Assembly: GCA_041600715.1 (NCBI GenBank)
Contig: JBFIJM010000001.1
Location: 673,701 to 737,700, forward strand
Direction: 5' to 3'
Length of the DNA stretch: 64,000 nt
Origin: Candidatus Saccharimonadales bacterium
GTDB lineage: Bacteria; Patescibacteriota; Saccharimonadia; Saccharimonadales; 2-12-FULL-41-12
The notes under the pieces were generated by a model that saw only the letters and a list, made by a program, of their open reading frames with translations, made no database searches and was not told the origin of the DNA. Positions 7,905 to 16,590 of the stretch are shown piece after piece (positions within the stretch are counted from its first letter, which is position 1; every line of letters begins with the position of its first letter). The position numbers and the translations under genes were made by a program.

Positions 7905-10547
7905 ATGGCAGAGCAAAGAAAGAAGCTAGCGATTATAGATGGTAATTCTGTATTTTATCGGGGTTACTACGCTATGCCTTATCTCAGTACAAAAGAGGGC
8001 AAGCCTACAGGCGGAGTGTATGGCTTCGCAGTTATGGGATTAGAACTTGTTAAGCGACACAGACCTGATTATGTTTGTGTCGCATGGGACAAGAAGGGAA
8101 CTAGCACTCGCAAACGTAAAAATATTTATCCTGAGTACAAAGCTGGACGTAAAACACCTCCACCTGATTTCTTTGAACAAATTCCTGTACTCCATGACCT
8201 ACTTAAGGCATTTAATTGGCCTCTATACGAGATAGATGACTATGAGGCAGACGACATTATGGGGACATTATCTCATCAGGCTAACGATCAAGGTTTAGAT
8301 GTAATGCTGATCAGCAGTGACCTTGACATGCTACAGCTAGTAGGGCCAATGACTCATATGTATGCTCTTAAAAAAGGTTTTTCTAATATAGATTTATTCA
8401 ACCCTGAAAGCTTTGAACAAAAATATGGAATTAAGGTTGATCAGTTTGTAGACCTAAAAGCTTTAAAAGGTGATGCTAGCGACAACTTACCTGGTGTACC
8501 AGGTATTGGAGAAAAAGGAGCAGTTAAACTACTGCAGATCTATCAAACATTAGACGGTATCTACGAGAATATAGAGTTGATAAGCGGGTCAACCCATAAG
8601 AAGTTAGTAGATGGTAAAGAGCTGGCATACATGACACGTGATCTTGGTAAAATTTGGTGTGATGTACCTATAAAGCTTGATTTAGATGCTATGGATGCCA
8701 AACATATTGATGCACAAGGCTTGCTGAACATGCTCACCAAACTAGAATTTAGAAGTTTAGTCCGTCAGTTGCCAGATGTTATGCAAGTGTCGAATGAAAG
8801 TCAGCAAGCTAGTGGTGAAATTATGGATAAAGCTAAGATCGTGATTATAGATAAAAGAGATCAGCTTGACCGTTTATTGGTGCCGAAATCCGGCGAGGTT
8901 GTCGTCCATTCATACTGCAAAGGAAAACATGGTCGTGATCCTAAGTACTTGGTTATTTCATTCAAGCCACACACGGTGTATATTCTGGACTGCGAGAAGC
9001 TGAGTTCTGCGTCTATAGCCAATTTTCTAAAAAACATGAAGCACCTTTCTCTCGTCGGCTACGACCTAAAGTCCTCACTACAATTAGTTATTGAATGTGG
9101 CGGGCAACTTGGAGCTGTGGCTCATGATGTGCTGATAGGAAGTTTTTTGGTTAATAGCCTTAGACGTGAGCAAACACTAACTGAGCTAGCAAGAGCTGAT
9201 CTGGGGTACGAAGGCGTGGAGCTTGAGCATATATCCCCAGAAGAATTTATGGCACGTGCCACAATTATCGTAGCTGTTATTAGGTCGTTACATTCTCAGC
9301 AACTAGAACAGTTTAGTGAAATGCCGAAGCTAACCAGTCTTGCAAAAGAGATCGAGTGGCCTGTTATATCGGTCCTTGCATCAATGGAACACAGAGGTAT
9401 TCATCTAGATAGTGATTATTTAAACAACTTTGCGGGGGAGCTGAAAGGTACTATTAGCGATCTAGAGCAAGAGATTTATGGTCATGCAGATCAAGAATTT
9501 AATATATCTAGTCCAGCTCAACTTTCTGAGATCTTATTTACTAAACTTGCTCTGCCAACTGCCGGTGTAAAAAAGGGCAAGACCAGTTTTAGTACCGCGG
9601 CAAATGAGCTGGATAAATTACGGCCACTTCACCCAATTGTTGATCTTATAACACAGTATCGTGAAGTAACTAAGCTTATGAGCACCTATGTGGAGACACT
9701 CCCAAAACAAGTTGATGAAGATGGCCGTTTACACACCACATTCAGTCTTACAGTAGCGCAGACAGGTAGGTTGAGTTCTAATGATCCAAATCTTCAGAAC
9801 ATACCAGTCCGCACAGAGCTAGGCAACCGCATAAGGACTGCGTTTACAACGCGGGAAGGGTATAGCTTGATCAGCGCAGATTATAGCCAGTTCGAGCTTA
9901 GATTAGCGTCTGTACTGGCCAAAGATCAAGAACTCATAGATATGTTTAATAAAGACATGGATATACATACAGCTACTGCATCGCAGGTATACGGTCGTAA
10001 TCCGGAGGATGTAACTAAGCAGATGCGACGCGATGCTAAGGTTATTAACTTTGGCATACTTTACGGCATGAGCCCGCATGGGCTGAGCTCTGCTACAGGT
10101 ATGACGTTTGTCGCAGCTAAGCAGTTCATTGATAAATATTTTGAACTCCGTAAACCACTTCTAGATTACATGAATAATCTTAAAGAAGTAGCCAAGAAAC
10201 AAGGCTATGTAGAGACCTTATTTGGCCGACGACGCCCTATGCCAGATATCCACTCTCCTAACTTTATTGTTAGACAAGGCGCAGAAAGAGCAGCGATCAA
10301 CATGCCTATTCAAGGTACGGAAGCAGACCTCATGAAACTAGCCATGATCCATGTCCAAAAATATTTGGATGAGATACCAGAAGCACACATGCTACTACAG
10401 ATTCATGATTCAATATTAGTTGAAGCTCCAGATGATCAGGCAGAAGAGATTGCGGACAAGCTCAAAGATATTATGGAACAGGTACATAAACTACCAGTAA
10501 AGCTTACAGTCGACACGCACATTGGCAAGAATTGGGGCGAGCTTTAA
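7905..10547 (+). CDS. polA: DNA polymerase I
   Basis: 5' nuclease domain (DNLPGVPGIGEKGA), polymerase motif A (ISADYSQFELR), motif B (RRDAKVINFGILYGMS) and motif C (LQIHDSILVE). Confidence 0.95.
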   Translation: MAEQRKKLAIIDGNSVFYRGYYAMPYLSTKEGKPTGGVYGFAVMGLELVKRHRPDYVCVAWDKKGTSTRKRKNIYPEYKAGRKTPPPDFFEQIPVLHDLLKAFNWPLYEIDDYEADDIMGTLSHQANDQGLDVMLISSDLDMLQLVGPMTHMYALKKGFSNIDLFNPESFEQKYGIKVDQFVDLKALKGDASDNLPGVPGIGEKGAVKLLQIYQTLDGIYENIELISGSTHKKLVDGKELAYMTRDLGKIWCDVPIKLDLDAMDAKHIDAQGLLNMLTKLEFRSLVRQLPDVMQVSNESQQASGEIMDKAKIVIIDKRDQLDRLLVPKSGEVVVHSYCKGKHGRDPKYLVISFKPHTVYILDCEKLSSASIANFLKNMKHLSLVGYDLKSSLQLVIECGGQLGAVAHDVLIGSFLVNSLRREQTLTELARADLGYEGVELEHISPEEFMARATIIVAVIRSLHSQQLEQFSEMPKLTSLAKEIEWPVISVLASMEHRGIHLDSDYLNNFAGELKGTISDLEQEIYGHADQEFNISSPAQLSEILFTKLALPTAGVKKGKTSFSTAANELDKLRPLHPIVDLITQYREVTKLMSTYVETLPKQVDEDGRLHTTFSLTVAQTGRLSSNDPNLQNIPVRTELGNRIRTAFTTREGYSLISADYSQFELRLASVLAKDQELIDMFNKDMDIHTATASQVYGRNPEDVTKQMRRDAKVINFGILYGMSPHGLSSATGMTFVAAKQFIDKYFELRKPLLDYMNNLKEVAKKQGYVETLFGRRRPMPDIHSPNFIVRQGAERAAINMPIQGTEADLMKLAMIHVQKYLDEIPEAHMLLQIHDSILVEAPDDQAEEIADKLKDIMEQVHKLPVKLTVDTHIGKNWGEL

Positions 10548-10789
10548 TCTACAGCAATTTTCAATATGATTTTGCGAGAGTGGCCGAGCTCACGCTGTAA
10601 CTGAAAAAGCTTGAACCTTATTGTCCCCACTGCCGAAGCAGAAGGTAAGGAAACAAAAAAAGCGTCATTATTCATGGAAACCTTAGGGGTGATACCTATC
10701 TCGGCGAGTACGAATTCCTTAATGCGAGCAACTTCAGGCGGTTCGTCGTAGCCACGCTTTTTCATAATGTCGGAGAGTGAATCGCTCAT
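10544..10789 (-). CDS. hypothetical small protein, possibly DUF721/DciA-like
   Basis: An 81-aa ORF. The C-terminal half (FVSLPSASAVGTIRFKLFQLQRELG) resembles the DUF721 pattern. The call is weak. Confidence 0.4.
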   Translation of the reverse strand: MSDSLSDIMKKRGYDEPPEVARIKEFVLAEIGITPKVSMNNDAFFVSLPSASAVGTIRFKLFQLQRELGHSRKIILKIAVD

Positions 10790-10916
10790 AGAGGATAGTA
10801 TAGGGTTTTTTATTTAATTAGTCTTTAACTTCTTGCAACCAAGAAGCAAGTTCTATACTTTTTGTATCAGCAAAAAGTATAGGCAAAAACTGACAGGCAG
10901 TTACTAAAAACACTAT

Positions 10917-11017
10917 TGAAATGTGTTTATACACTCCATCAGTTCTTGCGGAACTCCTTATCAGTCGGCCCTAAAGGGCTGTCCTCAGAACATTAGGGAG
11001 TGTATAAACACATTTCA
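10917..11017. repeat. 101-bp element with perfect 21-bp terminal inverted repeats
   Basis: TGAAATGTGTTTATACACTCC (10917-10937) is the exact reverse complement of 10997-11017. The 59-nt interior can form two small hairpins (AGTTC-TTGCG-GAACT and CGGCCC-TAAA-GGGCTG). Confidence 0.8.
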
Positions 11018-11219
11018 TCGGTTTTAGTAAAGCCTGGGAATAAGCGGATTTCATCGTTAGTAGTCTAAAAATCTTAGATTTTCAGAATTAAAAGATCACA
11101 GCAAGCGAATGATCCTTTATGGACCACTAAGACGACTAAAACATGAGCGACTGATTAATCCGAGGACTAGCCTGAAAGGCCGACCGAAGCTAAATGCTTC
11201 TATCAAAACAATCCTAACC

Positions 11220-11249
11220 TTGACGCATAAGTAATATTTGTGCTATAAT
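11220..11249 (+). promoter_or_regulatory. sigma-70-type promoter (TTGACG-N18-TGCTATAAT)
   Basis: The -35 element TTGACG is at 11220-11225 and the extended -10 TGCTATAAT is at 11241-11249, 9 nt before the ATG at 11259. Confidence 0.65.
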
Positions 11250-11258
11250 ATAAGTATT

Positions 11259-11849
11259 ATGTTGCCGAGGAATTATCTAATTGCATTAGTAGTGACTGCT
11301 GTCGTTATATTCAGTTCAGTATTTTTCTTGATCCGTAGTTTTACTGGAGATAGCAACGAGTCTCAGCAAACCGCAGAGAAGCAAAATAAAGATACGCCTA
11401 AACCAAAGAAAATTTCTGATGATGCAAAAAGTGTTACTTTGATAGTACAAGGTGAACTTGTTGGAGAGGAAGAAAGACGATCTATTCGGACTACCATTTC
11501 ATCGTCTGAACGCCGAGCAGAGATCTTGCAGGGATATGAAGACTCGGTGATTAAAACGCAGAGTACCCCAAACAAACAGCCGGCTTACGATGCGTTCCTT
11601 CTAGCTATTGAGCAGGCTGGGTTTACTGCTAAGGACACAAAGAATACTCAGGACGTAAGGTCGGCATGCCCTAATGGTAAAAAATTTGTATACAGAGTTA
11701 CCTACAAGGATAATACTAGCGAGGAACTATGGTCATCTACATGCTCAAAACAAGGTAATTTCTTAGGCGATAGTGACTTGATACACTCACTATTTGAAGC
11801 ACAAATTCCTGAGTATAGGAAGTTTGTCGTAGACGTGCGTTTAGGCTAG
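11259..11849 (+). CDS. hypothetical N-terminally anchored protein
   Basis: I chose the ATG at 11259 (MLPRNYLIALVVTAVVIFSSVFFLI), which lies just downstream of the promoter. The ORF-track start at 11238 is a TTG that overlaps the extended -10 element (11241-11249). Confidence 0.6.
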   Translation: MLPRNYLIALVVTAVVIFSSVFFLIRSFTGDSNESQQTAEKQNKDTPKPKKISDDAKSVTLIVQGELVGEEERRSIRTTISSSERRAEILQGYEDSVIKTQSTPNKQPAYDAFLLAIEQAGFTAKDTKNTQDVRSACPNGKKFVYRVTYKDNTSEELWSSTCSKQGNFLGDSDLIHSLFEAQIPEYRKFVVDVRLG

Positions 11850-11889
11850 TCTTTATATACTCACCCTATTAACTAAAGGAGCGCATTAT

Positions 11890-12762
11890 ATGCCGGAATT
11901 GCCTGAAGTAGAAACAGTACGTACAGGACTTGAAAAACTGCTAAAAGACAGTAGGGTGCTGGGTGTTAGAAACGATTGGCCTAAGTCATTTCCTAATACC
12001 GGTAGTGACGCAGAGGCTTTTTTAATTGGTGCAAAAATAACTACCATTAGACGCAGGGCTAAGATATTACTAATAGATCTTGATACAGGTTATTCACTGG
12101 CTATTCATCTTAAAATGACAGGACAGCTCGTTTACCGTAGTAAGCGTAACAACAACAATTTTGGCGCTGGACACCCGAGCAGTAGTCTAATAGGCGAGCT
12201 CCCAGACCGTTCAACGCGTGTAATTCTAGAGCTAGAAGATGCATACTTATACTTTAACGATCAAAGAAAATTTGGCTGGATGAGACTACTTCCAACGAAG
12301 GAAATAGAGCATATGGATTTTATAAAAAAACTTGGTCCAGAACCATTTGCTCCAGACCTTGATGAAGCTACATTTTTTGAGCGACTACAACGACGCAAGA
12401 ATAGTTCAGTAAAAGCTGTACTCCTTGATCAAACTGTAATAGCTGGAGTTGGCAATATTTACGCTGACGAAAGTTTGTGGAGAGCCCGTATACATCCGAG
12501 CACATTAGTAAAGAACCTCAAAAGAAATAGACTCAATAATTTGTTCAAAGAGCTAAATATCGTACTTAGATTGGCCATAGAAAAAGGCGGATCTACTGAC
12601 AAGAACTACGTCAATGCAGAGGGCAAGGCAGGTAGCTATTTGTCTTATGCGAATGTCTTCAGACGCGAGAACCTACCTTGCAATAGATGCGGAACAATAA
12701 TCCAGAAATCCAAGATTGCAGGACGAGGTACTCATATATGCCCGGAGTGTCAGACGCCATGA
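11890..12762 (+). CDS. mutM: formamidopyrimidine-DNA glycosylase
   Basis: N-terminal MPELPEVETVR catalytic signature, an H2TH region and a C-terminal zinc finger (CNRCGTIIQKSKIAGRGTHICPECQ). An AGGAG RBS lies upstream. Confidence 0.9.
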   Translation: MPELPEVETVRTGLEKLLKDSRVLGVRNDWPKSFPNTGSDAEAFLIGAKITTIRRRAKILLIDLDTGYSLAIHLKMTGQLVYRSKRNNNNFGAGHPSSSLIGELPDRSTRVILELEDAYLYFNDQRKFGWMRLLPTKEIEHMDFIKKLGPEPFAPDLDEATFFERLQRRKNSSVKAVLLDQTVIAGVGNIYADESLWRARIHPSTLVKNLKRNRLNNLFKELNIVLRLAIEKGGSTDKNYVNAEGKAGSYLSYANVFRRENLPCNRCGTIIQKSKIAGRGTHICPECQTP

Positions 12763-13349
12763 GAGAACTCGACAGCTACTATTATGATCGCCCACTTCGT
12801 CTAGAAGATGCTGTGGTGGAGGCCTATCGTGAAGTGGTTACATGTAACAATGATCCTTACTATGCAATTGATAATCTTAGCAGTGTTATCACAGAATCGA
12901 ACATTGTATTTGCAGAAGTTGGGTTGTCAGTTGAGTTTGAACATGGAGATGGTGATTATAACTTTAGGACAGAAGTGTCTAATCTGCAGAACTACATAGA
13001 GTTTATCCAAAACACTGGTACTCACGGGGTTGCAGGAAATCCGTATTTGTTTGATCTCACGAACTCTGTTTTTGATGCTTACTCCAACTCAATCATTCAA
13101 AGCCATGAGCTCGGTAAATATTACCGAACAGTTGCAGGACGAGAAGGCATAGGATGGGTAGGCTTCCAGTATTTTGCAGACGAGTGTGAGAACATGGTTG
13201 AAAGTTACAGATGTGATGCCGACTTACTCCTTTATACTTTTAAATCATTAGGTATACCTATGACAGGGCAGGCAGAAAAACTTGAAGGGCTATCACTTAT
13301 GCAAAAGAACAATATTTTGGATGTTTATTTAGAAGAAACAGGTAAGTAA
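12759..13349 (+). CDS. hypothetical acidic cytoplasmic protein (196 aa)
   Basis: The ATG at 12759 overlaps the mutM TGA as ATGA. The ORF-track start at 12687 would lie inside mutM. No family recognised. Confidence 0.55.
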   Translation: MRELDSYYYDRPLRLEDAVVEAYREVVTCNNDPYYAIDNLSSVITESNIVFAEVGLSVEFEHGDGDYNFRTEVSNLQNYIEFIQNTGTHGVAGNPYLFDLTNSVFDAYSNSIIQSHELGKYYRTVAGREGIGWVGFQYFADECENMVESYRCDADLLLYTFKSLGIPMTGQAEKLEGLSLMQKNNILDVYLEETGK

Positions 13350-13367
13350 TGGCTATAATGGTTGGTA

Positions 13368-14291
13368 ATGGTTGTTGTTTTAGCTGGTGTTAATTGGTTC
13401 GCTCTTAAGAGTGAACTAGACCGCATTGTTGAGGAGTTTACGTCTGCTCATAGTAAATTAGCTTTAGAAAAAATTGATTGTAGTGAAGTCGAGTACAACC
13501 AAGTAATTGGCGCAATCGAATCCTTGCCTTTCCTAACAAACAGAAAAATGGTTGTACTATATGATCTGTCCAAAAACCCAGATGCTGTAGAAAAGCTCCC
13601 TGAGATAATAGAACGATCCGACGATACAACAGATGTAGTTATCGTAGAGGGCAAACTGGATAAGCGAAGTGTATATTATAAATCGCTCAAGAAACTTAAG
13701 GGGTTCCATGAATTCAATGAGCTTGATGAAGCTAAGGCTGTTCAGTGGCTAGAAGAGCAGGTAAAGAAAGAGAGTGGCACAATCACGCGTAGTGATGCTC
13801 AGTACTTTGTTCAGCGCATCGGGCTTAATCAGGCTATGCTCTCGACAGAACTTACAAAAGTGTTGGACTATAACAGTGTAATAACCAGAGATACTATTAA
13901 CTTACTAACGTCCGAATCTCCGATTAGTACAGTGTTTAATTTAATAGATTCTGCATTTTCTGGTAATTTAGCACAGGCAATGAGGATATATAATGAGCAA
14001 CGTGCTCAGAAAGTAGAGCCACAGGCTATCCACGGGATGTTAGTTTGGCAGATGCATGTGGTTGCTATGTGTGTGGTTGCCGGAAATAAGCCGGCGCGCG
14101 AGCTGGCTAGTGAAGCAAAACTAAACCCCTTTGTCGTAGAAAAAAGTCAGCGGATAGCCCGTAAGATGGGGCGTGTAAAGATAGAGAGCTTCCTTAGTCT
14201 ATTACGAGATATCGATTACAAATCAAAACACCAAACATATGATTATGATGAAGCACTGCGTTACGCGATTAGTACGTTAGCAAGTCAATAA
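13368..14291 (+). CDS. holA: DNA polymerase III subunit delta
   Basis: The length and N-terminal pattern (VVVLAGVNWFALKSELDRIV, KMVVLYD) fit HolA. The ATG at 13368 lies 8 nt after GCTATAAT (13352-13359). An alternative TTG start is at 13362. Confidence 0.75.
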   Translation: MVVVLAGVNWFALKSELDRIVEEFTSAHSKLALEKIDCSEVEYNQVIGAIESLPFLTNRKMVVLYDLSKNPDAVEKLPEIIERSDDTTDVVIVEGKLDKRSVYYKSLKKLKGFHEFNELDEAKAVQWLEEQVKKESGTITRSDAQYFVQRIGLNQAMLSTELTKVLDYNSVITRDTINLLTSESPISTVFNLIDSAFSGNLAQAMRIYNEQRAQKVEPQAIHGMLVWQMHVVAMCVVAGNKPARELASEAKLNPFVVEKSQRIARKMGRVKIESFLSLLRDIDYKSKHQTYDYDEALRYAISTLASQ

Positions 14292-14293
14292 CT

Positions 14294-14323
14294 AAAAATG
14301 CGCCTCGTGTGAAGCGCATTTAA
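14294..14323. terminator. bidirectional hairpin between convergent holA and rpsT
   Basis: AAATGCGC-N10-GCGCATTT is an 8-bp stem flanked by A-runs and T-runs on both strands. Confidence 0.6.
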
Positions 14324-14342
14324 CTAGTGGATAGTTGAAATA

Positions 14343-14801
14343 CTATTTTTTCTTTGGAGCAGGTTTTTTAGCTGTTGGTTTCTTTGTAGCAGACTTCTTG
14401 GTCGGTGAAGCCTTTTTCGCTACTGGCTTCTTTGCTACCGGCTTTTTAGCAACAGGCGCTTTCTTAGTAGCCGGCTTAGCCTTAGGTTCTGACTTAGTTT
14501 TATCTTTAGCAACTTTTGTAGCGCCAGCAACTAGCGTTACACCCGCAGCAATCTTTGCCGCTTTAGCAAGCTGTCTCTTCTTACGTGAGGCTTTGTTCTT
14601 ATGGATGACGTTTTTCTTAACAGCGGTATCAATTGCGCTTTGCGCTTTCTGTAGTTCTTTATCAGTCTTCTTTTTACCAGAGCTGATTGCAGAGTGAAGA
14701 GATTTTACTGCGGTCTTAAGATTTCGCTTTGTTTTTGCATTACGTGTCGCTGCCTTAGTAGCAGTACGAACGCGCTTTTTTGCAGATTTGATGATTGGCA
14801 T
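14343..14801 (-). CDS. rpsT: 30S ribosomal protein S20 with a Lys/Ala/Pro-rich C-terminal extension
   Basis: MPIIKSAKKRVRTATKAATRNAKTKRNLKTAVK is the canonical S20 N-terminus. Residues 87-152 or so form a KKPxAKK repeat tail. Confidence 0.9.
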   Translation of the reverse strand: MPIIKSAKKRVRTATKAATRNAKTKRNLKTAVKSLHSAISSGKKKTDKELQKAQSAIDTAVKKNVIHKNKASRKKRQLAKAAKIAAGVTLVAGATKVAKDKTKSEPKAKPATKKAPVAKKPVAKKPVAKKASPTKKSATKKPTAKKPAPKKK

Positions 14802-14977
14802 AGCTATTCCTATTTAATTGTTGTTTATTCAAAGACAAACTATAGACGGAATAAGCCATTTTGTAAAGTGTTACAGGAATGTGGGAGTAGGGGATAATGA
14901 CTTGTCATTAAAAAGTCTTTGAAACTTTGGGTACTATATGATACGGTTATGGTTAGAAACATCTAAAAATAAACACT

Positions 14978-16570
14978 ATGCCACCAGAAGAAAATCAACA
15001 AAACAGTCCGGATCAGTTTACACAGATAGTCGAACGACTAAAACAAGCAAACAACGTACTTGTGACGGTCCGCAATAATCCTACAGTAGATCAGCTATCT
15101 GCATGTATTGGGCTAGCTGTCGCTCTTAATAAAGCCGGTAAACATGCTACGGCGGTTTTTAGTGGCGATGTACCATCGACCATAGGTTTCTTGGAGCCCG
15201 AAAAAACACTAGAGAAAGACACGAATAGCTTACGCGATTTTATTATTTCACTGGATAAAGCCAAAGCAGACAAGTTGAGATATAAAGTTGAAGATGAAGT
15301 TGTAAAAATATTCATAACTCCGTATAAGACAAGTATTAGTGACGAAGATCTGGATTTTAGCCAGGGCGACTTTAATGTAGATGCAGTTATAGCGATAGGG
15401 GTGCATGATCGAGGAGAACTCGACGCAGCTATTGTTGCACACGGAAGGATTTTGCACGATGCAACGGTGATGTCAGTCAATGTTGAACCTGGTTCTGAGC
15501 TGGGTTCGATTAACTGGCTAGACAGTGGGTCTAGCAGTGTGTCAGAAATGGTGAGTGATATTGTGACGACTTATGATAAAACACTACTCGATGAACAGAT
15601 TGCTACCGCTTTCTTGACGGGGATAGTTGCAGAAACCGACAGGTTCCGCAACGAGAAGTCTAATCCTCACACTATGTCTGTTGCGGGTGAACTAATGTCT
15701 GCTGGCGCAAGCACACAGCTAGTCGCTACAAAACTGGAAGAACCGGTTACTCCTCCAGAGGAAATTCCACAAGTAGTAGAAGGAGAAGCCCAAAACGATG
15801 ATGGAATGATCGAGATTGAGCATGAACCCGAAGATAATATCCATATAGATGAAGCGGGCCGTCTCAAACAGATGGCTGATTTGCTACAACAGCAAGAAGA
15901 ATCATCGACACCGAATACTGAAGATAATGATCTTCAAGAAGAAAAGTTAGAAGACAAAGTAAGCGCACAGGAGCCTGAATCCCAAGACGCACCTTCGTCG
16001 ACTATGTCTCTAGAGCCCCCAGCTTTCGGCGGTCAGTTAACTGCCAACAGTGTTCCAGAACACCAGCAATATACTAATTCAACAGATCCTATGAGTGCGG
16101 ATAGGCTTGGTTCGTCCAATTCTTTTACACCGCCCGTCACTCATAACACGAAAGGGAGGGATTTAACTCCAACAAAGCCCGACCCACAGGAAAATCCAGA
16201 TCAGGAAACAGCAAGTCCAGAGCAAACATTATCAGACATAGAAAAGTCGCTTAATAGTGCACATGTAAATGAAGCGCAACAGGAAGATTCACCCCCAGAA
16301 CCACCTAGCCAACCAGATGTTCAGCAAAAACTTATTAACGAAACAGAAGTACCCCCACCCGTTGAGGCGGATTACGCTCGTGATGCAGTAGAGCGGGCTG
16401 TTAATGCATCCGTAGATTATAGTCCAGAACCAATTGCCAGTCTTGGCGCCCAAGACTTAAGCGACAATCTTAATGGACGAGGGTTAAAGTTCGAAGAAAA
16501 TAATAACTCAGACGATTCATCTGAACAAAATCCTCCACCGCCAGTACCCCCACCGCTTCCGCCTCAGTAA
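14978..16570 (+). CDS. DHH-family (NrnA-like) protein with degenerate catalytic motifs and a long disordered acidic/Pro-rich C-terminal half
   Basis: The protein aligns by eye to NrnA: MSVNVEPGSELGSINWLDSGSSSVSEMV against MKIDHHPNEDPYGDLLWVDTSASSVSEMI. DHH is replaced by NVE, DPD by TVD, and GDTGRF by AETDRF. Confidence 0.7.
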   Translation: MPPEENQQNSPDQFTQIVERLKQANNVLVTVRNNPTVDQLSACIGLAVALNKAGKHATAVFSGDVPSTIGFLEPEKTLEKDTNSLRDFIISLDKAKADKLRYKVEDEVVKIFITPYKTSISDEDLDFSQGDFNVDAVIAIGVHDRGELDAAIVAHGRILHDATVMSVNVEPGSELGSINWLDSGSSSVSEMVSDIVTTYDKTLLDEQIATAFLTGIVAETDRFRNEKSNPHTMSVAGELMSAGASTQLVATKLEEPVTPPEEIPQVVEGEAQNDDGMIEIEHEPEDNIHIDEAGRLKQMADLLQQQEESSTPNTEDNDLQEEKLEDKVSAQEPESQDAPSSTMSLEPPAFGGQLTANSVPEHQQYTNSTDPMSADRLGSSNSFTPPVTHNTKGRDLTPTKPDPQENPDQETASPEQTLSDIEKSLNSAHVNEAQQEDSPPEPPSQPDVQQKLINETEVPPPVEADYARDAVERAVNASVDYSPEPIASLGAQDLSDNLNGRGLKFEENNNSDDSSEQNPPPPVPPPLPPQ

Positions 16571-16590
16571 AGTGTGCTAATCTTGTTCAT

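Noticed and set aside
10790-11258. The possibility that the large non-coding gap encodes tmRNA, RNase P RNA, SRP RNA or a known riboswitch.
   Set aside because: I could not find the tRNA-like GGTTCGA...CCA end of tmRNA. The universally conserved GAGGAAAGTCC P4 strand of RNase P is absent; the closest match is GAGGACAGCCC on the minus strand. The GNRA-capped helix-8 motif of SRP RNA and common riboswitch cores are also absent. The region is kept as an unexplained structured region instead.
11241-11268. A dif-like sequence (TGCTATAATATAAGTATTATGTTGCC) resembling ...CATAA-N6-TTATGTTAAAT.
   Set aside because: The central spacer would be 8 nt rather than 6, and the XerD-arm end does not match. 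The sequence is better explained as a -10 box plus start-codon region.
12687-12758. N-terminal extensions proposed by the ORF track (12687, 21652, 56090, 60005, 60716, 11238).
   Set aside because: Each extension overlaps the preceding gene or a promoter element or starts at a non-ATG codon. A downstream ATG in each case gives a sensible N-terminus (12759, 21697, 56117, 60032, 60743, 11259).
14335-14697. A 120-aa ORF on the plus strand opposite rpsT.
   Set aside because: It is a mirror image of the Lys/Ala/Pro-repeat tail of S20, and its Phe/Leu/Ala-rich product is a low-complexity artefact. The minus-strand S20 reading is unambiguous.
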